A stretch of DNA of 64,000 nt from Candidatus Heimdallarchaeota archaeon (GTDB lineage Archaea > Asgardarchaeota > Heimdallarchaeia > Heimdallarchaeales > Heimdallarchaeaceae). The notes under the pieces were generated by a model. The model was given only the letters and a program-made list of their open reading frames with translations, was not told where the DNA came from and made no database searches. The stretch is from contig JAAFKI010000045.1 of assembly GCA_021399345.1 (NCBI GenBank), positions 32,001 to 96,000 of the forward strand. Reading direction: 5' to 3'. Below, in pieces: positions 1 through 10,150 of this stretch; within the stretch, counting starts at the first letter, position 1; every line of letters begins with the position of its first letter. Position numbers and translations under genes: made by a program.

Positions 1-505
1 AAGTTCCGTAAGGTTCTGGTGCGATAAATACTTGTTCAATCAAGATTTTCATCTGTTTTGATTCACCAGTAGCATCATTTCGAACCTTAATTTCGTGAGT
101 TCCTTTGAGACCTCTACTTAATTCCTTACTCTCATCAACACCAGTTGCGATGGGAACACCTGTAGCGACTACAAATTGTTCATAACTGGATTTCATAATA
201 AGACTCAAAATAGCTTTCAAAGCTAGAAGACTATTTTGAATTGATTTCATCTTCCCTTCTGAAGCTAAAGGCTTTCTGATCTCACTCTGCAATCTAGCTA
301 ATTCACCTATGTAAATTTCATGTCCCTTTGCATCTTCTATGATAAGATTGTTTAGCCAACTTTTATCAGAAGACATACCTTGCCAACCAGGATTAGGTGT
401 TCCTATAACAGAAGGAATCCTATACTTCAAATCTCCTGAAGTAAGTTTTATTGTGCTTGTTCCTAAATCAATTCCAACAGCATTTGTCATTGGTGCGATA
501 GGCAT
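1..505 (-). CDS. ParM/StbA-like actin-fold ATPase (N-terminal part; runs off the window start)
   Basis: Not in the ORF track. Manual translation from ATG at 505: MPIAPMTNAVGIDLGTSTIK...IPSVIG...IYIGELA...VVATGVP...VFIAPEPYGT, showing the phosphate-1 motif GIDLG, TGxP and the connect-1 PE motif of ParM/MreB-like proteins. Confidence 0.85.
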   Translation of the reverse strand, partial: MPIAPMTNAVGIDLGTSTIKLTSGDLKYRIPSVIGTPNPGWQGMSSDKSWLNNLIIEDAKGHEIYIGELARLQSEIRKPLASEGKMKSIQNSLLALKAILSLIMKSSYEQFVVATGVPIATGVDESKELSRGLKGTHEIKVRNDATGESKQMKILIEQVFIAPEPYGT

Positions 506-727
506 ATTTTTCACCACAGTTTTTATCTCATGATTTCATTATTTAAACCATTTGTAAGTTCACAAGCAAAGTTAATCACCAAGCTCTTTGCACTTACTGT
601 ATTTCATTCTAATATACTTAAATTACTATAAAAGCTCGAGGTTCAATTCCATAGTTTTTTATTCCAATTATTAAAATGTAAAAAGCATAAATTTAAAGGT
701 TTCAACGCTTTAAAGTTAATCATAAGA

Positions 728-754
728 TTATATACCACTGGAAAAAGTATATAA
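728..754. promoter_or_regulatory. Inverted repeat TTATATAC-N11-GTATATAA; back-to-back TATA-like boxes between the divergent actin-like gene and ORF 794
   Basis: Perfect 8-bp inverted repeat; the purine run GAAAAA before the + strand TATA resembles a BRE. Confidence 0.45.
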
Positions 755-793
755 ATGCATGTGCTATTTTACGGCTAGCACACGTAAACCCAG

Positions 794-1366
794 GTGATAA
801 TTATGGGCATATTTCAGCAAGATATGGACGAACTAGAGGTGAGGGCCCAGATTGATCGTGTCCTACGACAATCAGCTCAACTATTTACAACTGAGAATGG
901 TAAAAGAGTTCGTTTAAACGAAGCAATTCGTTTGCGAGAATTTAATGCAGTTATGGGGTTGATTATAGCTTATAGTGCAGGTGCTTTCTTAAGCGTCGAC
1001 CGATTTAGAATCGAAGATGCACATCCCATCCGCTATAAAAGAATCATAAACAGATTAAACTGTTATAGTGGTCAAGTAAACTCAGCTTTAATGCTTGAGT
1101 TATTACGTCTAAGGGATCAAACTAAGATAAGCAAATATGAACTAATTAGAGTAGTTCAGAGCAAATACTTTAATCACAAACCTGTTGGGACTAGAGATAT
1201 CACTGAATCTCTTAACAGAATGTTAAGAAAAACAATGGACGAATATTTCAGCTTTGAGAATAGATATTTCAGAAGAGGCCCATTCGAACTTCGTATAGTT
1301 GAAGTTCCACGCAACACCCCATACGAATTAGCAAAAATTAGCGTAGATAACGTAATTCAATTCTAA
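794..1366 (+). CDS. Hypothetical basic (Arg-rich) helical protein
   Basis: 190-aa ORF with an upstream TATA box; no recognised motif. Confidence 0.7.
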   Translation: MIIMGIFQQDMDELEVRAQIDRVLRQSAQLFTTENGKRVRLNEAIRLREFNAVMGLIIAYSAGAFLSVDRFRIEDAHPIRYKRIINRLNCYSGQVNSALMLELLRLRDQTKISKYELIRVVQSKYFNHKPVGTRDITESLNRMLRKTMDEYFSFENRYFRRGPFELRIVEVPRNTPYELAKISVDNVIQF

Positions 1367-1472
1367 ACACTCATCTCTTTTGTAAGGAAGTTGTCTTATC
1401 TTTTTTTGCTATTCAATGTTTAAAATCAATCTAATTATTATAATGGATTTAAAACTGGAAAAGAAAGGAGTT

Positions 1473-2231
1473 TCAGATGTTCTGGACGTATTCCAATCTT
1501 TGTTCTACAGCTAATTGAGTGAGTTTTTGAATAGGTTTAACAATCAACCAAACTGAATCTGGTCTCTTATCTATTCGTAATCTATTACTATCATCAAAAT
1601 GCTCATCTCTTTTTGGAGATGTTAGGATAGAAAGTAATTCATTCCTTGCATTTAAACAGCTTCCAGTTAATACTAAGTTTGCGGCTTTATCACTATGAAT
1701 AGCACCTTCATCAAGTAGATTTTGGATAATATCTCTTTTATCAAGTCTTTCCTCAGTGGGTAAATCAGATTTGTTGATATAAGCAACTACAGGAATCTCA
1801 GATCCAAATTTCTCACCTACTATTTCCTTAGCTTCCTTAATAATCGCTTCATTTTGCTCCTTTGCTGTTTTTTCGAAGTTCAAAAATAGAATTACTGCAT
1901 CGACACCTTTCATGACAATATCTCTCTGAACCTTGTGTCTTTCTTCTCCAGGAACTGTCCAGAGTTGGTATCGCAATCTATCAAAATTATTTCCTTTAAA
2001 TGGAGGTGTTTGAAAGACACCTTGATCAAAAAATACTGTACGACCTGAATCATCTTGTATTTTTGTTAATGACGAAACAATAGTTTTTGGATTCTCCATT
2101 CTTCTGAGTGCATTAAAAACTGTCAACATGCTTGTTTTACCACTCATCGGAGGTCCAAACAGAACTATCTTAATTGTTGGTTTTCCTTCCCTATCAACTG
2201 AAAAAAGGTTAGATAACTCTAGTTGACTCAT
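1473..2231 (-). CDS. MglA-like small GTPase (paralog 1)
   Basis: G1 GPPMSGKTS, G2 RTVFFD, G3 TVPGE, G4 NKSD, G5 SCL. Confidence 0.9.
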   Translation of the reverse strand: MSQLELSNLFSVDREGKPTIKIVLFGPPMSGKTSMLTVFNALRRMENPKTIVSSLTKIQDDSGRTVFFDQGVFQTPPFKGNNFDRLRYQLWTVPGEERHKVQRDIVMKGVDAVILFLNFEKTAKEQNEAIIKEAKEIVGEKFGSEIPVVAYINKSDLPTEERLDKRDIIQNLLDEGAIHSDKAANLVLTGSCLNARNELLSILTSPKRDEHFDDSNRLRIDKRPDSVWLIVKPIQKLTQLAVEQRLEYVQNI

Positions 2232-2319
2232 ATGTATTTGTTTAGAGAATTAGTATATAAAATTATACATAATTTTGTACATTTTTTTGGTGTTTAAATA
2301 TAGTGATGTAATTACTAAT

Positions 2320-2465
2320 CTGAAGGATTGTAGACATGCACCAACTTTATGGTGATCCTCGGGTTTACATCCAACAATCATCCAAAAGCGAACTGTAAGC
2401 ATCTTTGCGTAAAGATGTGGGCGGGGTAGGAGGGGATGTGGCGTCCCCATGATTTGCCTTAAGCA
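2320..2465 (+). ncRNA. Candidate structured small RNA
   Basis: GC-rich island with hairpins CACCA/TGGTG, CATCTTT/AAAGATG, GGGGA/TCCCC and GATTGT/ACAATC; TTTAAATA box at ~2293. Confidence 0.45.
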
Positions 2466-2547
2466 CTTCTAAAGAATTTGTACAAAATTCATGTCATAGT
2501 AAATGGTAGTTTAATAAATGAAAAAAACGAGATTAGAAGAGGAAGTT

Positions 2548-4800
2548 CTATCTTTTACTTCTTCTTTTAATTGTTACAATTGATATACCAATACTGATAA
2601 TGATTAATCCCATCCAGAATGAAAAATCTAATGAAGCTGTTGGAAGTGGATTACCTTCAATAGCAAATGTAGCCGAATCTACAGATTTTACAGTTCGACC
2701 CGCATATCTGAAGCTTACTTTAATATGATAGTCTCCGAAATACATACTGAGATCGATTAATCCACTTTCCCAGTCATTTGTAGATGGATTATAAAGCATT
2801 GAAAATGCATCTACAGTTACTCCTTGTGAATTATATAAGAGAATCATTACAAGAACATTTTCTGAGAATGAACTCCACGCATCAAGTTGAGTGTAGCTTG
2901 CATTTCCCCTTACATAAATTCCCGTTGATTCACCGTTCAAAGTAAAAGAAGGTTCTTCAACAGCTAGAATGTGATCAATATTAATCAGATCTACAGCTGA
3001 TTCACCATATTGTGATGATCCAGATGCGATAATTGATACATCATATATTTCTTCATCAAAGGATTGCAAGGATAGTGTAATGTACCAATCAAGAGATACC
3101 GAATAATTCATAGCAAGAATTGTATAAATTGTTGAGGACCCATCAATCTGAAATTGAACATACACATCTACTCCACTTGAATCAGTAATAGGTGTTGAAT
3201 TTTCATCTAGAATAACTACATTATACAACGAAAAATTCCAATTTCCACTTACATAATTATAGCTAAGAGAATCTACTGTAAGAGGGCTACCTGGTAATAA
3301 CGTAAAATCAATATAATCTGTAGTTCCCAAACCAAATTGACTTCCAACTGAGATTATAGGTGTTGATGATGACATCAAACTAGTTATTATATATACCTCA
3401 TCTACAAGCGTTCCATTCAAGAATTCAACGATATTCACATCTTGAATGCTTTTAGTTACCGTCCATCCATTTATATCATGAACAGCGAAAGACATTCCCA
3501 AATAAGTTGAAGCTGGATCAGTTGGTTCAAACATAAGGTAATCAGGAGGTGAATTCAGTTTTGCAACATAAAGCCCATAAAAACGATTTAATTTATTAAA
3601 TTCAGATGTTGGAACTGTTGAAATTAATTCATAGTCCATCGGAATATCGAGATTATTAAAACCATATAGTCCTCCTCCGAAAGATGTATCATCTACATAT
3701 AATGCCGTAGCCCAATTTAAGAATAGATCATTAAACTCAATAGAATATCCGACACTAGCAAGAGCATTTTCAATACCAGGTGCTCCACCAGCTGTTTCAT
3801 TGACTAAGAAGGTAACAGCATCAACCCCATATTTCTCAGCTAAATAGAAAATAAAGAGATACGCGCTTCCATAATCAATACGTACATCCTTTCCACCAGA
3901 ACTCTCGTAATTCCAATATAATAATGAGTCATCAATATTATGGGCAAAATAATCTCGAGCAAAAACTGTCAAATTATTAATGACATCGTATCCATTGAGA
4001 TATTTGGCAAGTTCAGCACAACCTTCATCAACCCACCAAAATTCATCAGTATCATAATTAAAATGAATTAAATGTTGAAACTCATGAGCTAAAACTCCAT
4101 AAGTTGTAAAATAATCAACATAAACCATTTCTCTACTGTTTGATGTCAGTCCAGGTGATTCATTATTTGGATCAAAATATCCTGCAACTCCACCATCTAG
4201 ATCAGATATTAAAATTGTTACATGAAAATCACCATCGATATCTCCAAGATATCCATCAGGATCACCAAAGTAGAGAATATCATTAGGGTATATCTTTGTT
4301 TCAAATTCATCTCTCCAAGATTCTGCTTTTGTTCTTGCATTAGATAGTCCTTCTGAAGAAACTAAGCTGCTCAAAATATACACATAACTGTTTGCACCTA
4401 TAGCTAGTAATTGAGCTTCTTTCAGCACATATGTATAAGGAGCTGAGAGAAAGGAATCAATTATCCAGAAATCTCGTTTTTCATCTATAACATCTGCTTT
4501 GATTGGAACACTGATTTTTGGCAAATCATAAACAGGTTGAGGATTTTCTGACAAATATTTGTATTTCAGAACTTGTGTGGGATTTGTAGGATCACTTTTG
4601 AATAAATCGTAAGCAATCTTTGCATATTCATTTTGCTCTGAATCAAATTCAGTGTCAATTCCTAAAGTGGTATAAGAGTTCCCTAAGAGAACTATAAATG
4701 CCAAACTAATACTAAAATAAGTTATCTTTCTCGTTCTCTTATTCATTAAAAGTGACCTCTTTAGACTATATGTGACAAATATCATTAAAAATGTTGACAA
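2548..4800 (-). CDS. Secreted, membrane-anchored zinc metallopeptidase (M30/M6-like); likely start 4746
   Basis: Signal peptide, AGYF, LAHEFQHLIH (HExxH), downstream WVDEG, C-terminal TM helix plus KRRSKR. Confidence 0.85.
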   Translation of the reverse strand: MSTFLMIFVTYSLKRSLLMNKRTRKITYFSISLAFIVLLGNSYTTLGIDTEFDSEQNEYAKIAYDLFKSDPTNPTQVLKYKYLSENPQPVYDLPKISVPIKADVIDEKRDFWIIDSFLSAPYTYVLKEAQLLAIGANSYVYILSSLVSSEGLSNARTKAESWRDEFETKIYPNDILYFGDPDGYLGDIDGDFHVTILISDLDGGVAGYFDPNNESPGLTSNSREMVYVDYFTTYGVLAHEFQHLIHFNYDTDEFWWVDEGCAELAKYLNGYDVINNLTVFARDYFAHNIDDSLLYWNYESSGGKDVRIDYGSAYLFIFYLAEKYGVDAVTFLVNETAGGAPGIENALASVGYSIEFNDLFLNWATALYVDDTSFGGGLYGFNNLDIPMDYELISTVPTSEFNKLNRFYGLYVAKLNSPPDYLMFEPTDPASTYLGMSFAVHDINGWTVTKSIQDVNIVEFLNGTLVDEVYIITSLMSSSTPIISVGSQFGLGTTDYIDFTLLPGSPLTVDSLSYNYVSGNWNFSLYNVVILDENSTPITDSSGVDVYVQFQIDGSSTIYTILAMNYSVSLDWYITLSLQSFDEEIYDVSIIASGSSQYGESAVDLINIDHILAVEEPSFTLNGESTGIYVRGNASYTQLDAWSSFSENVLVMILLYNSQGVTVDAFSMLYNPSTNDWESGLIDLSMYFGDYHIKVSFRYAGRTVKSVDSATFAIEGNPLPTASLDFSFWMGLIIISIGISIVTIKRRSKR

Positions 4801-4817
4801 TCAAGCAATAATTCTAT

Positions 4818-5648
4818 CTATAATTTCAGTGAGATTGCTCTAACTATAATGCTTAACAGATAATTAGCTCCAATCAATACAACAGCTAAAATTACCAGTT
4901 TTACTGCTGTTAGATTTCTTTTGGCATGTTTGTTTGCAGCTGTCATCTCTTTTCCCCAGAAGGTTTCATCTTCTCTCTTGAATTCCCAATAATCAAGATA
5001 ATCCTCTCTATCTGATTCAGGATCACAAATCACTCGGATTTTGTCTTTAATTTCTTTTCCTTTTGCATCATGAGTTATAGCACTGATAAATAAAGATACA
5101 GCTTTTTTTGGAGGAGTTTTGAAGACTTTGGGAATATAGATTATTTTTTTTTCTTTGTTAATTTTACTTGGAATAGCTTTATCATTGACATATACAGAAA
5201 TGGTTTCAGGATCTATTCTGATCTCATCATATCTAATTCTGATTTGAAACTCAGATGGCGTAACTGCCTGATCATCTGGTTCAATAATTCTCATTTTTGG
5301 AGGCACATTATATCTACTCAAACCCCCCATACACCCTCCAAGTATCAGAGATGCAGCAGGGAGATAAAGAAGGGTTGTTTCGAAGATTGCTCCACCATTA
5401 AATGCAATAAGTTCACCTGAATAGAAGTATCCTCCCATAACTACGAAAACAGAGGTTTCGAAAAAGAAACCACCAACAGTTACTTCTAGAAGTACCCAGA
5501 CAAGGATTTCTATTACAATAACTATGCCACCCCATTTCAAACAAAAAAGAGCTATTAGTTTTATTTTTTCTTTCAGAGTAAGACTCAAGAAATCTATTTC
5601 TACCTTTTCTGTTTTATCTTTTCTAAATGGAAACCGCATTTCAATCAC
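4818..5648 (-). CDS. Hypothetical membrane protein with a central beta-rich (Ig-like) soluble domain
   Basis: Several hydrophobic segments; overlaps the upstream gene. Confidence 0.7.
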   Translation of the reverse strand: MIEMRFPFRKDKTEKVEIDFLSLTLKEKIKLIALFCLKWGGIVIVIEILVWVLLEVTVGGFFFETSVFVVMGGYFYSGELIAFNGGAIFETTLLYLPAASLILGGCMGGLSRYNVPPKMRIIEPDDQAVTPSEFQIRIRYDEIRIDPETISVYVNDKAIPSKINKEKKIIYIPKVFKTPPKKAVSLFISAITHDAKGKEIKDKIRVICDPESDREDYLDYWEFKREDETFWGKEMTAANKHAKRNLTAVKLVILAVVLIGANYLLSIIVRAISLKL

Positions 5649-5940
5649 TTACAATGTACTTAAACAGAGCAAAAGCATAAAAGAACATCAGTAAAGCTAT
5701 GTGAACTCCGAAAATTGTCCCAACTGAACTATCATATGAACCAACAGCAATGTTTCCTGCAACAGCATAAATAAAGACAGTTCCCCCGCCAAATAATAAC
5801 GCTACACTCATTGCAAGAGCAGCCATCATTTTTATAACAACTAGATCAAATAATCTGTCTGGTTTTAGTTTATCTGGTGATGGCTTTCTTTCGGCCTTTC
5901 TTATCCTTGAGAGTGACTTCTTTTTATTCATTCTTATCAC
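5641..5940 (-). CDS. Small two-TM membrane protein
   Basis: Basic N-terminus, two hydrophobic helices, operon position. Confidence 0.65.
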   Translation of the reverse strand: MIRMNKKKSLSRIRKAERKPSPDKLKPDRLFDLVVIKMMAALAMSVALLFGGGTVFIYAVAGNIAVGSYDSSVGTIFGVHIALLMFFYAFALFKYIVSD

Positions 5941-6035
5941 TAATTTGGGTACATCTGCTTTGTTTGGTATATTTTATTTTCAGTTATGAAAATTTGAATT
6001 TCACTTACCACAAGATATAACTGTACTCTCTTTTT

Positions 6036-6911
6036 TTATTTCTTTGCTTTTTTCACATCATTAGAATTGTTTTGATGTAAAACGACTTTACCATCTTCTT
6101 CATCAATAAAAATCTCTTGTTGAACTTTTAATTTATCAATTACATGTCTTGGTAGCTGAATCCCGCCATAACGGTCAAGATACACATGATGCATATCACG
6201 GATTGTTTTTAGTTTTTCAGTAGGTGAATAACCAGAGATTCTACCATCTACAATTTGAATCAATCTATCTGTTGATTTAGCAACATCGAAATCATGAGTA
6301 ACCATAATCGCGGTAATTCCATGGGTTTCATTTAGGTGTTTAAAGTATTTTAAAAGCTCTCCTGCAGTTTTAGAATCAAGTTCTCCAGTTGGTTCATCTG
6401 CAAGCAAAAGTATTGGATTATGGGCGAGAGCACAAGCCAAACCTGCTCTTTGTACTTCTCCACCAGATAACTGGCTAGGTTTATGTTTTAGCCTTTTCGC
6501 TAAACCAACTTCACCTAGTAGTTCTTTTGCATCTTTTATTCGCTGTTCTCGCGGAATACCAAGTAATCGCATAGGAATTTCCACGTTTTCTAGGATATTG
6601 ATCTCCCAAATTAAGTTTCTATTAGGAATTTGCCACAAAGTTCCTACTTTAAATCGTCTATAAAGGCTTCTTGAATCCTCAGTTAGTTGGTCCAAACGAA
6701 CACCCCCCACACTAATTTGACCAGCAGAAGGATCAGTCATCCCTGCTAGAACAAGCAGAAGAGTGGTTTTTCCGCTTCCTGAAGGACCAATGATTGAAAT
6801 GAATTCTCCTTGATTAATTTCAAGTTCTATCCCTCTTAAAGCAGGAACTCTTACATTGAATTCTTTAGTGTAGTAGATTTTTATCAAGTCTCGTACTTCT
6901 ATAAATGCCAT
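6036..6911 (-). CDS. ABC transporter ATP-binding protein (LolD/MacB type) with a C-terminal AbrB-like domain
   Basis: GPSGSGKTT, LSGGE, LLADEPTG, MVTHD; C-terminal LDRYGGIQLP. Confidence 0.95.
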   Translation of the reverse strand: MAFIEVRDLIKIYYTKEFNVRVPALRGIELEINQGEFISIIGPSGSGKTTLLLVLAGMTDPSAGQISVGGVRLDQLTEDSRSLYRRFKVGTLWQIPNRNLIWEINILENVEIPMRLLGIPREQRIKDAKELLGEVGLAKRLKHKPSQLSGGEVQRAGLACALAHNPILLLADEPTGELDSKTAGELLKYFKHLNETHGITAIMVTHDFDVAKSTDRLIQIVDGRISGYSPTEKLKTIRDMHHVYLDRYGGIQLPRHVIDKLKVQQEIFIDEEDGKVVLHQNNSNDVKKAKK

Positions 6912-6919
6912 TTTATCAC

Positions 6920-9900
6920 CTAAGCAGATTGTCTTAATTCAGTTCCAATTTCTTGTTTTGAAGAACTTATAGTGGGTATTGCTGCTCCAACCAAAGCAGT
7001 TACAAACAGGATTGATAATACTAATGCTATTTGCCCAACTGGAAATGCCATTGAATACGGTGGAATTGTTCTATTAATTGCTAATACTGCCATAAGCATT
7101 GTTGAAGAAATATACCCAACAATTAGACCTATAATTGTTGTGAAAGCGAGTAAGGAGACATACACTGAGATATAATACTTCATCAGTTGTCTGGAAGAAA
7201 TACCTATGGCTTTCATTGTAGCTATTTCTTTTGATTTATCGATTAATTGAATGGAAGCGAACAATGCTAGAATTATTGCATTAATAGTGAAAGACATTAG
7301 GAGTGTTGAGTTAATAGCTGAGTAAAGAATTGATGATCTGGGGCTATCGGGGCTCACGAATACTTCGCCTTCAACATCAAATATGAAACCAGTACTAAAG
7401 GAGGCGATCTCAACAGCAACATCAGATATAATTGCTCCATCAGCGACTTTAACAAGAAGATAACTTATCACATCGAAAGGAGCTACTTGAATGTAGTTCA
7501 AGAAATTGATTGGTGCTACAAAGTGAAAAACCTGTGATCGGACATTAGTAGTTAATATGTCATTAACAAGAATTGGCCAGTACTTGAAAGTATCCATGAT
7601 TCTAAGAGTTATATTCTCATCCCAATAAGGAGTACCGAGTATAGGACGCATGCTTTCATTATAAGCTCTATATGTTATTGGTTTATCTTCCCATTGTTCG
7701 ATATTGTAAGCAGCTATTTCGTCCTCTTGAGCAAGTACAGATTTTGGTTCTAGATCATTAGAAGTACTAAGCTCATTCATAAGTTCAGTAAACTCAAATT
7801 TACTAAAATCATCTCTAAAATATGCCGTTTTATTATAACTAATTGGATCAACAATTAAGACCGAATATGTTAAGGCAAGATCGCCTTGAACATTATCTAA
7901 GTTAATCAAACGAACAATTGAAGTAGATTCAACAGAAGTAAGATTATCTATTGTTGCTTTTAGCGTGTGATCATCTATAGGAAAATCTCGTATCATTATA
8001 TCTGACCCAACATCATAATAAGCACTATTCAGGTTGTAATTTTGATAAGTGAAAGGAACAACAATTGATGCAACAACGAGAGAAAATGATAAACTGAGAA
8101 TTATTGAAGACCTAGCAAAACTTTTCTGATATCTACTTATCTCTCTTACACTGAGAGAAGAAATGTCCATTTTCAATTTAGTAGTTAATTTAATCAATAA
8201 GCGAGAAAATAATGGTAAAAATCTTTGGAATAAGAGTATTAAACCAAATATCATTAAAATTGTTGCAGGAATGCCTATATATCGTGCAGTAGATTCCTTA
8301 TGGGATGTTAATATTGGTAATTGATAAACTATCCATACTGTACCTGCTAAGAGTAATAGAACAATATCTACAAAGTACTTATAGAAGCGAGGTAGTGACT
8401 TCTCTACTTTACCATAATCATCAATATTCCTCTTTCTCAGTAGCGTCATCGTATTGAAAAGTTGAATAAACAATATTGCTCCAATACTGCCTAAGACGGC
8501 TACGAATACCGAAGAGAGCTCTATTTTCAAAGGAGAAGAAGTGTTTGAAAATTTCAAGAAACCTGAGCTTCTAGTTAATAAGGATGCAATAGGCGTTCCT
8601 AGAAAAATACCCACAAACAAAGAAACTCCTCCTACAATTAGCGATTCTAAGGCCAAATAAGAACCGATTTCTCCTCTATTACTTCCTCTTTCAGTTAAGA
8701 TTGTTAATTGTCTATCTCTTTTCTTTCTTACCAGATTGGCAGCATACACTGTCAGTATAATAGTTAAAGCCATAATGGGAGCAAGAAAAGCAAACATGAA
8801 AGTTTGATATAATCCATATTCATCTTTGAAACTTTCCATTAAATCGACGAGATAAGAATTAATCCGAGCATTATTAATTCCACTTAAAGTTTGATACCAT
8901 TCTTTTAGTTGGATTCCTATTGTTTTGAGAATAGTTATTTCTGTATCAATTTGAAAAGCATCAATTAAGGATACATCATAAAATAAATTTTCATAAACAG
9001 TTCCTTGACTATATGTTAGTGCAATATCATTGTTGATATTTGCAGCTGGTATCCATCGGGTAAACAAAGCTAAATTATCTTCTAATTCCAGCACATATTC
9101 AATTGGGATACCAATTGAAGATTCAATCACATTATACACAGGAAGATCGTCCAAAAAGACAATACCTGTAATATTGACAGTTGTTTGAGCTGAAGGAACT
9201 GTAAGAGAAGCACTTTTGTCTAAAGCAACAGGGATAAAGAGTGGAATTATAGAACCATTTCTAAAAGTTGTATGGTTATAAAAATCTCTAGTCATTAGAG
9301 CCAAAGCCTCATTATCACTCTCAGGTGCATGACCGTATGCAATATTACTCTCAATGAAATACCTCAATTTGAGATCGGATCCATACAATTGCATATTCGG
9401 TAAACTCGTGATATTAGTTGTAGGGTCAGTTGATTGCGTGAACGATGCTAATTTAAAAAACAAATCTCTTTGTGGAACCCGGTGAGTCATATCAATGAAT
9501 TCCATAGCATATTTAGCAACATTATCAATACTGTTGTATTGATGATATGATGCTTCAATTGGTATACCTGCTATTTCAACTTGGATGAATCTTCGAGGTT
9601 CATCAGCCAAATAAAGATCAAAAGCTTGGAATTGATAAGAATAAATAAAGAAAACATATTGTGTTATCACAGATACTGCAAGAGTTACACCTATTGCCGA
9701 AATAAGTGCATATTTCCACCCAGCTTTAAAGAGTGGTTTGAAGAGATGAAGACCAGGAGAGAACAGGAGAAGAAAAACATCTACTATAAGGAGAACTATG
9801 ACTAAAACGGGTAATAGAAGCCATAAAATAACATCCATGACAATCTGAAAATCAGGTTTTCCACTTAATTTTGCCTCGGATAAGTTTCGAAAATAAGTCT

Positions 9901-10042
9901 TAGTTAAAATGAAGAAGTTTTGTAAAATGTAACGTCGTGAATTTCTAGGTATGTCATTCGCTCGCTTCATTATCCTCAAACAATTATAAACACCTATAAG
10001 CCTTTTTCTTTCACCAGTTACGCACTTATAATTCTTACTCAC
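6920..10042 (-). CDS. FtsX/MacB-like ABC permease with two permease domains; true start probably downstream
   Basis: Two FtsX-type motifs (RDRQLTILTERG; KEIATMKAIGIS), large extracytoplasmic loops, adjacent ATPase. Confidence 0.88.
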   Translation of the reverse strand: MSKNYKCVTGERKRLIGVYNCLRIMKRANDIPRNSRRYILQNFFILTKTYFRNLSEAKLSGKPDFQIVMDVILWLLLPVLVIVLLIVDVFLLLFSPGLHLFKPLFKAGWKYALISAIGVTLAVSVITQYVFFIYSYQFQAFDLYLADEPRRFIQVEIAGIPIEASYHQYNSIDNVAKYAMEFIDMTHRVPQRDLFFKLASFTQSTDPTTNITSLPNMQLYGSDLKLRYFIESNIAYGHAPESDNEALALMTRDFYNHTTFRNGSIIPLFIPVALDKSASLTVPSAQTTVNITGIVFLDDLPVYNVIESSIGIPIEYVLELEDNLALFTRWIPAANINNDIALTYSQGTVYENLFYDVSLIDAFQIDTEITILKTIGIQLKEWYQTLSGINNARINSYLVDLMESFKDEYGLYQTFMFAFLAPIMALTIILTVYAANLVRKKRDRQLTILTERGSNRGEIGSYLALESLIVGGVSLFVGIFLGTPIASLLTRSSGFLKFSNTSSPLKIELSSVFVAVLGSIGAILFIQLFNTMTLLRKRNIDDYGKVEKSLPRFYKYFVDIVLLLLAGTVWIVYQLPILTSHKESTARYIGIPATILMIFGLILLFQRFLPLFSRLLIKLTTKLKMDISSLSVREISRYQKSFARSSIILSLSFSLVVASIVVPFTYQNYNLNSAYYDVGSDIMIRDFPIDDHTLKATIDNLTSVESTSIVRLINLDNVQGDLALTYSVLIVDPISYNKTAYFRDDFSKFEFTELMNELSTSNDLEPKSVLAQEDEIAAYNIEQWEDKPITYRAYNESMRPILGTPYWDENITLRIMDTFKYWPILVNDILTTNVRSQVFHFVAPINFLNYIQVAPFDVISYLLVKVADGAIISDVAVEIASFSTGFIFDVEGEVFVSPDSPRSSILYSAINSTLLMSFTINAIILALFASIQLIDKSKEIATMKAIGISSRQLMKYYISVYVSLLAFTTIIGLIVGYISSTMLMAVLAINRTIPPYSMAFPVGQIALVLSILFVTALVGAAIPTISSSKQEIGTELRQSA

Positions 10043-10072
10043 ATCTTGCTAGAAAGTTTATTGTCGGAATCA

Positions 10073-10131
10073 TTTGAAAATTCGAATAATTCGAATGTTA
10101 CGAAAGGTTCAAATATTCGAATAATTCAGAT
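10073..10131. repeat. Array of about seven TTCGAA-like hexamers with 8-9 bp period
   Basis: TTTGAA 10073, TTCGAA 10081, TTCGAA 10090, TACGAA 10099, TTCAAA 10108, TTCGAA 10116, TTCAGA 10125; 13-bp exact repeat ATTCGAATAATTC at 10080 and 10115. Confidence 0.7.
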
Positions 10132-10150
10132 GTTGTCTAGATAATATTTT

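Noticed and set aside
339-533. 64-aa + strand ORF
   Set aside because: Antisense shadow of the ParM-like gene
733-746. Mini-ORB-like ACCACTGGAAA suggesting a replication origin
   Set aside because: Single imperfect copy inside a promoter, with no canonical cdc6 adjacent
2250-2450. 66-aa - strand ORF; also a tRNA-like GGGGATGTGGC start and HDV-ribozyme-like words
   Set aside because: The ORF has no protein-like features and overlaps the structured island; no cloverleaf or HDV pseudoknot could be built
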